Positions 39,400-52,199 of a DNA stretch of 64,000 nucleotides are shown here, one piece after another. The notes beneath the pieces were generated by a model that did no database searches, was not told where the DNA came from, and was given only the letters and a program-made list of their open reading frames with translations. Both the position numbers and the translations under genes were made by a program. Position 1 is the stretch's first letter; every line of letters begins with the position of its first letter. The stretch is from Eledone cirrhosa. Taxonomy: Eukaryota. The DNA lies in NCBI GenBank assembly GCA_964016885.1, contig OZ024744.1, positions 49,538,001 through 49,602,000 of the forward strand, given 5' to 3'.

Positions 39400-42012
39400 A
39401 TGATACTACAAATTTTTCTGTGTGGGAAATGATTACAGTCTAAGTGGAGTATGTATTTTGTTAGCTGAAAAATGGGTAGATAATGTAAATAGAGTAAAGA
39501 GAGTAAATAACAGAATCATTAAACTCAGGATAGTCCTAGGTAGAACAACTGTTATTATTATATCTGCATTAGGGACTAACAGATGAACTAAAAGATGACT
39601 TTTATGAATCCCTCATACAGACTACTTCTCTAGTGAGTGACAAAGAACTATTAATCATAACAGGAGACTTTAATGGAAAGTTGGGAAACACAGTGATGGC
39701 TTCTACAGGATACATGGTGGGTACAGGTTTGGTGCTAGAAATGAAAAAGGATCCAGGCTCCTGGAATTATGTGGCGCTAATGAACTGACAATCTGTAACA
39801 CTAACTTTAAAAAAAACTAAAAACCAATTCATCACCTATAGATTAGGTGAGCACACCATCCAAACAGATTTCATCCTCACCAGAAAGAGTGATGATCGTA
39901 AACACAAAGTCCCTTCCTGGTAAGGAATACGCCTTTCAGCATAACCTAGTAGTCAGTGACTTACTAATTAGAGCTAGTTGAACTCAGAGATAGAGTTCAT
40001 CTAGTCCTCAGTCTGTAACAAATTTAAGGATATTTTACTTGACACTTTTGACAATAAGGAAGAAGAAATAATAACATACAATATAGAGGAGCAGTGGGAA
40101 TTCTTGAGAGACTTTACTGAAGGCCACAAATAAAGTATGTGGCTGGAGCAGAGGTCCAAGGACTAGGAGAGTGGCTTGGTGGTGGAGTAGTAGGGTACAT
40201 GAAACAATTAAGGCGAAGAGACAGGCATGGAAGGAATGATAAAATGAGGGTAGCAAGGAACTTTACCGAGTGGCAAAAAGAGAGGTGAGGCGACAAGTGT
40301 ACTTTGCAAAGAGGGAAATGGAAGGTAAAAAAATTATACATGTTATACTGCATAATGACCAAAGATGTGAGTATTCATGATCCCAAGACAGTATGTCAGG
40401 AAAAATAGTGATGTTGTGGGAGAGAGATGTGTCCAAAGGTACACTTGCCATCGCTAAAACCGAAAAGAAGGCACCATAAAAATGTTATTATGAGAGACTG
40501 ATGAATGAGGAGAATGTGTGGGAAGAAGATAGCCAGCTCCAGGTGGATCCTACAGAGGGACCAGCAGTATAAGTCAGTAGTAGTGTAGTAAGTAAGTCAA
40601 TTAAGGACATGAAATCAGGCAAAGCAGTGGGGCCATTGGGAATAATTGCTGAGTTGCTGAAAGCATCTGGGATGTTAGGACACACCATAACTACTTATAT
40701 TGTTAATACCAAATGGTGCCATACTCAATGACTGATGTAGCTGCATCATTGTCAATTGCAACAAAGGTAAAGGGTGATATACTAGATAGGGGAATTATCA
40801 TGGCATCAAAATGATGGACTAAGTCATAAAAGTTACAGAAAGAGCCATTGTACAACAGATTAAGGATCAAATTAAAGTAGATGAGATGCAATCTGGGTTT
40901 GTGCCAGAAAAATGTACCATGGAAGCCCTCTTCCTTGTGAGGCAACTGCAAAAGAAGTACCTAGCTAAAAGCAAACCTTTCTACTTAACATTTGTTGAAC
41001 TAGAGAAAGCTTTTGACAGGGTCCCCTATTCTGTAATGTGGTGGGCACTTAGGATAGGAGACTAGGAGTAGAAGAGTGGTTAGTGACGGTGGTACAAGCC
41101 ATGTACTGAGGTACTGTCAGCAGGGTTAACATTAATAATGACTATAACGAGGAATTTACTGTGCAAGTTGGGGCCCACCAAGGCTCTGTCCTTAACCCTC
41201 TCCTGTTTATTTTCATCCTCAAGGCTATAACAGAAGAATTTAAAACAGGATGCCCATGGGAACTCATGTATGTTGATGATCTAACTCTCATAGCTAAATC
41301 TATGACAGAACTAGAGAAAAAAATTCCTGACCTGGAATCAAAAGGTCTTAAAGTCAACTTGGAAAGACCAAAGTTCTAGTAAGTAGTAAGGAGAACAAGG
41401 CCCTAATACCTTCTTGGAAATGGCTCTGTTCAGTGTGTAGGAAAGGTGTGCATAGAAATTACATCTTTTGTTTCAAATGCCAACTATGGGTACACAAGAA
41501 ATGTAGTAGAATCTCGGGTAGGTTAGCTAAGAATGTTGGTTTTACATGTGGCCATTACATAGGAGCAGTAAGCAGCAAACACCCACAGGAAACAAGTGGT
41601 ATCAAATTCTTGGAGGCTTCTGTAGATGTAACAGGCAGCTTCTGCTACCTGGGTGACCAAATTAGCAGTGGAGGAGCGTGTTCAAAAACTATAGTTTCCA
41701 GAGTGAGAACAAGACAGGAAAAGGTTCAGGGAACTACTACCGCTGCTAGATATTAAAAGGTTTAAAATAAAAACCAATGGCAGAATGTATGATGCATGTA
41801 TACCAACAGCCATGTTGCATGGTAGCGAGACATGTGCATTGTGTGCAGAGGACCTGCGATGAGTGGAAAGAAATGAAGCTTTCATGCTTTGATGAATCAA
41901 AAGGCAAAAATCAACTGAGAGAGGAATTTGGCATAAAAGGGATCAGAGGAGATTGCGTTGGTATGGACATGTGATGCTTATGAAGGATGACAGCTGTATA
42001 AAAAGGTGCAGA
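39400..42012 (+). mobile_element. RTE-clade LINE, long decayed copy (APE plus RT)
   Basis: GVCILLAEKW, GDFNG, RNEKGSRLLE, VGAHQGSVLNPLLF, YVDDL, Cys-rich segment. Confidence 0.9.
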
Positions 42013-43388
42013 ATAAAAACTCAACTTTCTTTTAATATAGTTTTACTCCAAAACTAAAAATCTTTTAAGTTTTTAGATATTTACTCAAGTGTAAATAAGA
42101 ATAAAGACTATAAAATTGACCCATTATATAAAATAATGGTAATATAGAATAAAATCTTAAATGCGTGTATCAACAGGTACAATTGTTCAATGGACTAGCA
42201 GAACCAATTGATATTGATGTTAATCATATACTTAGGCTGGCTGGAGGCCATAATAAAGCATGCCCTTTGGTTGAAATATATACATACCTACACTCCCACT
42301 GACCTAGATAAAAATCATAAGAACTGTGAAACCGGTAAAGTAAATAAATATTCTTAAAAGACTTCAGATGCATTTTCAATTTCATTTCCTTATATAGACA
42401 TACATATACATATATCTCTATATATATAAACATATATATATATGTCTATAATAGAAAAAACAAGGAAGTTTCGTTTACATATGAAAAATATTTGTGTATC
42501 AACCTGTGAAAGACTTGTTTTGGTGTAAACCGGAAGCAGGGTGTGTGTGCACACGTGTATGTGTATGTGCGCACCCACCTGCGCACATACACACCCACAC
42601 TGCTTGCTGTTTACACCAAAACAAATCTTTGATTGACCAATACACATTCCAAAACGCGCTCACACACATTCATACAAATCCTTAATTGCTCACGTAAATA
42701 TGCACATGAATACCAGTGAATACACACACGCATTGCCGCCCCACAAATTACACCAAAATATACACATACGCCCACAAACAAAAGAAATAGGGCCAATGCC
42801 TATATATATACATTCTCGGTCCACATACCACAACAAAAATATATCTTTTGTCACATCATCAGTCTGAGGAGCAGATTGACACTGGAGTCAGGTCCATAAC
42901 TCCAATGGGTCACCTTGAGCCAATCCTCTGCAAAACATGCAAAACAGGTCGATACACAATAAATATTCTTCATATGTAAACAAAACTTTCTTGTTTTTTC
43001 TATTATATACACTCTGCCTGTGCATAGAGTGCTTGATTTGGTACCAACACCAGTATTTTACCATACTACCTATACTATATATATATATATATATATAAAC
43101 ATATATGAAAAGATTCAAGACTACAAGGGCTGAACTCTGACCATTTCGACAGATAGATCCAATAGATATATATATATATATGTATATATATGTTTATATA
43201 TATCAAAAGTATATATTGAGTTAAAAACTCACAATAGTCCCTTATAATTAAAATAGCTCAACGAAAAAAATTTTCAGAACCTTATGATATAATATAATAA
43301 AGAGAGACAAATACAGATATATACATATAAAACACATGCATCATTTAGTCTTTTAAGATATTTAGGAGTGAAGAGATTACTAATCTGT

Positions 43389-43467
43389 ACATCCACTGAA
43401 GAACAATCGGATTTGTAACTCTATCCACTTATTTGCAAAACAGTTCTACCAAAGGCTGTCTGGATGT
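43389..43467 (+). ncRNA. Degenerate complete type I hammerhead
   Basis: ACAUCCA-CUGAAGA-aCAA...UUGc-AAAA-CAGUU[cuaccaaa]GGCUG-UC-UGGAUGU; 7-bp stem I, GUC site; G12 changed to A. Confidence 0.65.
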
Positions 43468-43739
43468 TGATAGTTATCATGATTCGGTTGGTAATTCTTA
43501 ATTTATCCTTTTAATTGAGTCTAACAAACCGTGTTATTTTTAATTAGTATTTTCTTCACCCTAGCAGTTCATGTCCCTTGTGATTTGAACACATATATGT
43601 ATATATCTGTGTTTGTCTCTCTTTATTATATTATATGTTTATATATAAAAATATATGTCTGCCTCTATATATATATGACTTTGTATGTAGTAGATGTTCC
43701 AGGAAAATTGATAGTAAAAGTGTTAGTGATAAGTACATT

Positions 43740-44330
43740 TTTCAACTGTAGGTAGGATCTATAGAGGTGGTTGATAGCTTCTGATACCTAGGGAATCAAA
43801 TTAGCAAGGGAGGAGGATGCTCCAAGGCCATAGCATCTAGAATAAGGACAAGACGGAAGAAGTTTAGGGAGCTAATTCCTCTGTTGACAACGGAAAGTTG
43901 GTTGGATCAAGCTTGTGTGAGATGCACAATGTTGCATGGTAGTGAGACATGAGCAGCAACTGTGGAGGATTTGAGAAGGCTAGAGAGAAACGAAGCAAGC
44001 ATGCTCCGATGAATGTGCAATGTCAATGTACGTAAACGACCAAGCATGGTTGAGTTGAGAGAAAAACTATGTATAAGATAAATAAACTGTAGTGTGCAGG
44101 AGAGAAGACAGCGTTGGTATGCACATGGATGATGACCGCTGGGTCAAGAAGTGCCAAGTAATACCAGTGGAAGAAAGATGCTGTAGAGGAAGACCATGGA
44201 AAAATATGTGTGGAGGTGGTGAAGCTCACAGAGGAGATGACGAAGGACCATAACAAATGGAGAGATGTTGTTCTGAAGAGGACCCGTCCCACCCTTGCAA
44301 GCAGAGGCAAAATGATGAGGGTGATGATGA
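43740..44330 (+). mobile_element. RTE-clade LINE 3' fragment
   Basis: KFRELIPLL, MLHGSET, KWRDVVLKRTRPTLAS tail. Confidence 0.85.
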
Positions 44331-45080
44331 TGGTGTTAGTTAACTCGACAGAAGATAATCTCCAACTGGCACTCAATAGGTTTGATGCCAAGTGCTGCAT
44401 GACTGCAATGAAAATCAGGGCTGCGAAAACTGAGACGCTCATCCTCTCAATGAAGCCTGTGCAGTGTAAATAGAGTTTCACTGAAGCAAGTAGAGAAGTT
44501 TAAGTATCTAGAGGACATCTTCACGAGTGATAGAATGCAGATGGCTGAATTAAGTGCAAGAATTGCATGAGCTGGTGCAGTAATGTGCCAGCTTCAGCAT
44601 TCAGTAATCAGAAGAAGGGAAGTAGGTGTAAAAGCCAAATTCGTATATCTTCAATTCATGAATCCTGGGTAATGACCAAAAAAATATGATCGCGAATAAA
44701 GTGGCCAAAATGTGATTCCTCCGAAGGGTCTTTGGAATAACGTTACTCGATGGAGTGCATAGCTTAGAGATCATAAGGTCACTCCAGGTAGAGCCACTAT
44801 TTCTCAGAATTGTGAGACCACAGCTCCGATACTATAGGCATGTGGTTAGATTGTCTCAGGAAAGAATCACTGGACAGATTTTATGGGCAAAACTAACTGG
44901 TAAAAGACCCAGGGTAGACCCCGAGCAAGCTGGTTGGATTACTTCCATGAGCTTGGCTGGTCTTGCTTGGGGATCCACCTGGATCAGTTGGAAATGGTTG
45001 CTTCTGACAGGACCCGCTGGAAGGAGTGTTTAAGGACTCTTCCCCTACGACCCTTTCTGGAATAAGTGGGCAAAGAAGAA
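44330..45080 (+). mobile_element. Second RTE-like LINE family, 3' fragment
   Basis: EDNLQLALNRF..KTE, LKQVEKFKYL, QLRYYRHVVRL..GKRPR. Confidence 0.75.
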
Positions 45081-45138
45081 GGCTCAGATTTGATCAATCA
45101 TATTGCTTTTGGAATGACTAGGATAGTTTGTCTAAAAT

Positions 45139-45615
45139 CTCCTCCTCCTCCTACCACCACCACCACTACTACCACCATTACTATTACTACTATCATCACC
45201 ACTACCAACACCACCATCACTACTACTACTATCAACACAACTACCACCACCACCATCACAACTACTACCACCACCACTACCACTATTACTACTACTACTA
45301 CTACCACCACCACAACTACTAACACGACCACCACTACTACTACTACCACAACGACTAACACCATCACCACCACCACTACTATTACTATAACTTCTACTAC
45401 TACCACCACCACCACCACTACTACTACCAGCACAACTACTAACACCCCCACCACCATTACCGCATCTGCTACAACTACTACTACTGCTACTACTAACACC
45501 ACCACCACCATTACCACAACAACTACTACTACTACTACCCCCACTACTACTACTACTACTACCACCACCACCACCACCACCACCACCACCACCACCACCA
45601 GCACCACCACCACCA
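45139..45615. repeat. (ACC/ACT)n trinucleotide repeat
   Basis: Direct inspection; produces the poly-Thr and poly-Val ORFs. Confidence 0.95.
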
Positions 45616-45894
45616 GAGTAAGGGAGTATGGTAAAGATATATAGAGAGGGGAAAAGTGTAAAATACAGAGACAGACAGATATATAGAGAGGTATTCCAAC
45701 AGTTGTTGATTCTAATGATGTTCTATATTGGTAATCTTGAAGATGATTTATCTCATAACAATTACATTTTTTGATAACTAACAACCCTGACACATTCTTC
45801 TTGGGATGCAGCTTTCGAGAATGAAAGCTGTTTTTCTCTAGGATGTACCGTTTCGGAGCCTCTGAGAGACATACACATATACATTCTCATTTAT

Positions 45895-48800
45895 TCTATA
45901 TATATAAAACAAAAGATATCTGTCTGTGTGTGTAACCGCATGCATTTCTACATTTTACAACCGATTTGCACCAAATTTCATACATAGGTTTCTGAAGTTC
46001 TATTACACATCATAGGCTATTTTATTTTTCCGTACATCGATTGTGCCCCCACCCCACCCCAGGGGAAGATAACCCCCTTAAGCCTCTTGCTTGGAGTCAG
46101 CAGTACTACTGCATAAAGACCCCAAACCGACTTGATGAATGTTGAAGTTGATATCATCAATGCAACAAAACGTCATAACTGCTTGAGTTGGTGTTTGGTT
46201 TTCACGAAGCGAGACGTATTGGTTACCCTTGGCTTATAAAGGAAGGTGAACACATGAACTTTTACTTGAACTTATTTACGTTCGATTTTAACTTTACTGG
46301 ACACATTGGTTATCCATTGCCTAAAGATGATGTTGAAGACACTGTCTATACCCAGAACAAGCAAGGGGACTCCCCAGGGGGCAGTAAGTCGCAGTGAGTC
46401 ATTTATTGAATTTGGCTATTGTAATGCAGCAAAGCATCATAGCTTCAATAATTGGTAGTCCAATAAAATGAATTTCAACTTAGTTGTTATTCATGTACTA
46501 CAGATGAAGATACAGTGAGGCACATTTACCTTCATTTCAATTCAGCAAGAAGACCCCCTCAGGGACAATGAACCCAATTCATTAACCTATAAAAGTTCAA
46601 ACTGCCACAATAAAAAAGCACCATAACCTCGGGAGTTTACACTTGATGATTCTTACAAAACTAAATGAAATGGTTATTGCCTGCCATAAGATAAATCACC
46701 ACACATTCATTATCACTTGAAATTTGCAAGGGAACCCACTAGGGAGGGCAGTGAGCCCCTTTGGGCCACTTTTAAAGTTCATATGGTTGCAGCAAAGCAT
46801 TTCAACTTCTGGAAATAAAAGTCAATTTAAAAGAAAGTTGACACATCAGTTACTCATGTCCTACAGATGGAGTCGCGAATTTTTAAATCCCCCTGACTTA
46901 ACTTTAGTTTATTTAGTTAACTTTAGGATGATTGAATTTAATTTTGCACCCGGTTGTCTTCCCCGTTTAATTGCACCACAATTAAGTGCGGAATGGGGAA
47001 TTAAATTTTTTTCCTTGAACTTTGGTGTCATTTCACACTCCTAACCAAGAAAGCGTGATTTAACCCAGATGTAAATTTTAACGCCTACTGTATGTGGATT
47101 GTGCTATTTCACACTCATGCCTAAACTGTGCGAATGATTGATTAGTTTAATTGCACCTCAATTAAGTGCAAAATGGCGACCTCTGGTCAACCACACATCA
47201 GTGAGTTGTGTTCAGTAGATTTCATCACACTTATTTGTATTATCTAACCAATCAGACAACTCGAATGTTGTTCATTGAGTGAAATCACTCCTATTTATAT
47301 CGGTCAAGTCCGATCACACTTCTTTTTTTGGCTTTTGACAATTGGTAGGTTTTTTTTACATGCATACTCTCATAAGTACCCCATGTTTCTGAAACGCATG
47401 CTTCTGCAACATTTGTTACCTTAAAGGAGGTTTAGTTAATGTGTTTATGATCATAAGGTTCCAGTTTATCATGTTGTGAATTTTCGGCCAGTTTTGCCTG
47501 TATCCTTTCAATGGTTAGTACTTACTTATTGCTATGTTCGAACTGAACAAACATACTGACACTTATATACCTACCACTGTAGCCACACTATTTAATTTCT
47601 TTTATCACAGGTAGTCCGTACGCTGCGTTGCCCCTAACTTAAAACCTGAAATTTGACTGGTACACAAAATCTTGCAAAACATACCCACTTTCTCAGACCA
47701 CATAAATTTATCACATTTTTTCACAATTTATATCCGTGTTCAGATTTTCTTACTTAAACGTTATTTGTCCACTATTTCTCGTTCTCCCTGGTTAATTTTC
47801 TAAAAACAATGCCCCCCAAGAAAAGAACTTTCATTGGTCGATTATCTAATGATGCAAGTCCCTTGACTCTATGGCTGATCCGGACGAAGTTGTTAATTAC
47901 CCTACAGAATTTCTTAACTCCCTAGACCCTCCCGGATTGCCACTACACTTACTACGACTTAAGAAAGGTGCCCTGTCATGCTCCTCAGGAATTTGGAACC
48001 CCGAAGGCTTTCCAACGGCACGCATCTGGTCGTCCAAAAGTAGATGCCTCATGTTATTGAGGCAACAATACTTACAGGATGTGGTAAAGGGGATACTGTC
48101 TTCATACCAAGGATACCTCTCATTCAGTCCGGTAAAGACATTTCTTTCACATTCAGAAGGCTGCAATTCCCTCTCTGGCTCAGTTTCGCCATGTCGATTA
48201 ACAAATCACAGGGTCAGATGCTGATGGTCGTAGGGCTTAATTTAGAAGAACCGTGCTTCTCCCATGGTCAACTATATGTTGGCTGCTCTCGAGTGGGGAG
48301 CCGACATAACCTATTTGCTTTTGCAACTCGCGAGAAAACCCAAAATATAGTCTATAAGGAAGTTTTGTAGGCACCCCATCCGCCAACAAGTAATCAGTGT
48401 TTTTTTTGTTTGTATAAGTGCTTACATTTGCTGTATCATCATCATCATCAGTGTGCTATTTTTGTCCTTTTGACAATACCACATACGCCTCAGGTTGCTT
48501 TTGCTATGCGTTATAAATGTTCAATGTCTCCGTTTTCCGTATTTATGTTGCTATTACGCTCTGCTATCGATGTTCCATAGTTTTAACCTAATTAATCTAC
48601 TTTTCCCTACATCTTATTTACACATTTTTTTGACATTCCAGTGTGATCTTGCCAAGGCCGTTTGTGTGGCCACCGACTGTTACATGCTTTTCTAGGTTAC
48701 AATCTCAAATAGCAAGCAAAGCAAATATGACACACCAAAGTGGTATGAAGGACTTCTTAAGGGCCACCACCTCTAATCGGAGTCGTCTTTGCTGACAGCT

Positions 48801-49056
48801 CTGCTGCTGGGACTTTTAAGAGTGAACGATCCAAGGTCCTCTTCAGGGCCACCAACTATAAATTGTTATCGCTGGATTCATCTTTGTTGGCAGCACCCCC
48901 ACTGAGATATTTCTGAGTGAACGTTCAAAGGCCCTCTTTAGGGCCAACACCTATAAATTGTTACTTCTATAGTCGTGTTTAACGGAAGTCTTTCAGTTCA
49001 TTTGAACAACTACTCCATTGAGAGTTATACCGGGCAACGCCGGGTACCTCTGCTAG
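45895..49056 (+). mobile_element. Helitron deletion derivative, about 3.2 kb
   Basis: 5' TCtatatatataaaac; 3' accgggcaacgccgggt hairpin then CTAG; internal Pif1 remnant. Confidence 0.8.
47855..48370 (+). pseudogene. Helitron Pif1-family helicase C-terminal remnant, frameshifted
   Basis: [24 protein letters not shown] / [39 protein letters not shown]. Confidence 0.93.
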
Positions 49057-49199
49057 TAGTATATATAGAGAGACACACACACATACACACATATATATAT
49101 AAATGTATGCAAGTATATGTAGAAAATATCTGTAGGAGTGAAAAACGAAAAAGGAAGACAGAGTGCAATCAAGAACAGAGCTGATATATTATATTATTT

Positions 49200-49905
49200 A
49201 TGTTCATATACAACACAAAAGTACTACCTAAGGTTTGAAGGCCCAATATTGATCATATGTCCACTTTTCATGGGAGAGTTTGAGTTCATCTTTAGTTTGA
49301 AACAGTGCCTGTTTCAAATAGGATTCCATCTTGTTCTTTACATGTGTATGATGCTGGTTTGAGATCTTCGTTCTTCTTCTCATAGGATTCTCCTGTATCT
49401 GGGAATATTATTCTTGTGTCTGTTGTCCTTTCTTTCTGGGGAAAAGCTGGAGCATATGGCTAGTATTATTTCCATGAATTTCTCAAGTTGACATCTTCCA
49501 TAGTGAGACTGTCAGTCCAGTCTTGCTTCGGGAGCTCCTCCTGAATCCTTTTACAGTTAACTTTGTGGCAGTTTAAGCAGGGTAGAGACCGAGTACTTCC
49601 CGTCAGCTGTATATATCTACAGTCTGCCTATACATTCCTAGTTCTACTATGTTATGATCCGAGAAAATCTTTGGTGTCACTTTCACAGAGATCCAGGATA
49701 TTCTAACCTCTTGTTAGATGAAGTACCATTCCCATAAAGAAATGTTTGTAAGATCCAACATGGATTCTGTCTGCCTTTGTTCAGGTGCCATCATCCCTGA
49801 TAGGGACTGGTCTTCAGGCCAGTTCACCTTGGGGAGATTAAAAATCTCCCAGTAGTAGGATGTTGAGACTCTGATCCTAATTTACCAGTATTTCTTCAAT
49901 CTTTC
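49200..49905 (-). mobile_element. CR1-clade LINE fragment
   Basis: 49680-49905 is nearly identical to 38765-38985; continues into post-APE sequence. Confidence 0.75.
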
Positions 49906-50192
49906 AATCAGTTCATTTATGTTTATTGCCTCTGTGATTTGTCTAAACATTGCGTCTTTTCTGTGTGTAGATTCTATTTTTATTTCTATGTTCTCAAATT
50001 TGTCCTTATGTTCTATTTTAGCATGTTAGTGGAGTATTGATGATTCTTTTTTATCTTGAAGTTCTCGCCAGTGTTCATTTAACCGTTCTCCTATACTACG
50101 AGCTGTCTCACCTATGAACACTATATTCTTATCTTTACATTGTCCTTCAGTACATCTTATGCTATATTCTACATTTCTAGTTTTACAGTTAA
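49905..50192 (-). mobile_element. Penelope-like GIY-YIG fragment
   Basis: INCKTRNVEYSIRCTEGQCKDKNIVFIGETARSIGERLNEH...FRQITEAINI; related to 10890-11225. Confidence 0.85.
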
Positions 50193-50743
50193 TAAGTATT
50201 TTACAGTTAATATGTATTGCTAATAAGTGTTTTTATGGAGGTACCTCCATAAAAACACTTATTAGCAATACATACCCTTTTCAAAGACCTCCCTGTATAG
50301 ATAAGAAATGCATAATCTGTAAACTAAGCCCCCATATTACCCTTTAGGAGAGAATCAGGTCAGAGGTTCGTATTTTGGCTTGGTTTCTCCAGCTGAATGT
50401 CCTTCCTATCGCCAACCACATTTACAGTGTGTACTGATTGTTTTTTGTCATGTCACCTATACGACAACATTACAGTGTGGACTGGGCACTTTTTGTCATG
50501 TCACTGACTCAATCATTTAGCAGTGAGGGCTGGGTGCTTTTGTCTTGACACCTCGGTGGCCACTAGATGGGATGGGAACTAGGGAGGGTGATAGAGGAAG
50601 CTTGAGGAAATTGTAGGCGTAGGTAATAGGGGAGGGATGGTTACTGCAAAGGGAGGTGTATGGTAGGGGAGAGGATGGAGGAAGGTGTTGCCTATTAGAT
50701 ATATGCCTCAGCTCAATCATATATGAGGGCAGCTCCTCTGTAC

Positions 50744-50774
<31 letters not shown>

Positions 50775-50862
50775 TATATATATATATATACATGTACGTA
50801 AAATGATAGTGATGATATACATACATATATATACATATATATATATACATACATATATATAC

Positions 50863-50893
<31 letters not shown>

Positions 50894-51112
50894 CAAATTT
50901 CAACCCAACGTCTACAACAGCATCTACAACAACAAAAACAACAACACCAATGTCTACAGCAACAACAGCATCTCAATGAAATGAACACCATCAAGAGCAA
51001 CAACAAACAATAACAACAACAACTACTGCTGCACCATTACTACCACCATCCACCACCACCACCACCATCACCAGCGATCGGGCCTTAAGAAAACAACTAT
51101 AATAATAATAAT

Positions 51113-51258
51113 TATTCTGTTTTTGGCACGGGCCAGCGATTGTCCCAGCGCATTACTGGTGCCTTGTTTTGTCGGCTCTGGGGGGGATGAAGGACAGGGT
51201 TGACCTCGGCGGGATTTGGGCCCGGAGCATGGAGGGCCATAGCTCTATGCTGTAAAAC
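51113..51258 (-). mobile_element. SINE family B copy with clustered A-to-G changes on the plus strand
   Basis: Aligns to 5170, 27595, 29370 and the reverse complement of 51821-51937 with about 20 A-to-G substitutions. Confidence 0.85.
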
Positions 51259-51820
51259 AGTTATTATAATAATACTGAACAGTAACACACAGCTTCAATT
51301 ATATGAACTCTTTCGAAAGTCAACAGTTGACATGATCTTGTATCAGTAATGACGGTAATATATGTATGTGGATGTGTAAGTGAGTGGCGTGTGTGTGTTT
51401 GTATGCATGCGTGTTGGTATGTGAGTGTGTGTGAGTGGTATGTGTGTGTTTGTATGCATGAGTGTTGTGTGTGTGTCGTACGTATGAGTGTCAATAAATG
51501 ATTATTATTATTATTATTATTATTTTTCTTTTTTTTTGCGCGGAGACATAGAAATAAGCGGGCTGGATACACGATCGTGCAGTTAAACCACTGGGAGTGA
51601 AGGACCCCTAGCCCTTGTCAGGGCATTCTTCTCGGAGAAGGCATCTCAGGAAACTGGGATAACTCCGATATAAAACCTGCGGCTCAGTAGTTACCGATGA
51701 TGTTGATCTCTTTTCTTCTTTTCAGGTTATAGCTACTGGCGCTCAGAGAATGGGATTGGCTCAGTGCACAGTCTTTCCTCACTTTAAAAATATTCTTCAC
51801 GCACAGGCATTGTACGATAT

Positions 51821-51937
51821 TCTGAGTTCAAATCCCGCCGAGGTTAACTTTGCCTTTCATCCTTACGGGGTCGATAAAATAAAGTACCAGTAATACACTG
51901 GGTAATTGCTGGCCTTGTGCCAAAAAGTAGAAACAAT
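51821..51937 (+). mobile_element. SINE family B copy, 5' truncated
   Basis: gagttcaaatcccgccgaggttaactttgcctttcatcc...ggccttgtgcc. Confidence 0.8.
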
Positions 51938-52199
51938 TAATTAATAATTATTAATAGTGTTATTATTATTATTATTATTGTTATGACCATGCTGTAAAAT
52001 GGAGGGGTAGAGATGGCCCATTAGTCCAGTAAGACATCCTCTCTAGTGCTGGTGGCACGAATAAAAGCACCCAGTCCATGCTGTAAAGTGGCACTGGTGT
52101 TAGAAAGGGCATCCAACCAGTGTATCAATGCCAAAACAATTATGAGCACAACAACAAATATATATCGCAATAACTGCATAAACAGCAATAACACTAACC

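Noticed and set aside
45066-45793. Poly-Thr mucin-like and poly-Val ORFs
   Set aside because: Trinucleotide repeat at a LINE end; no splice or domain context
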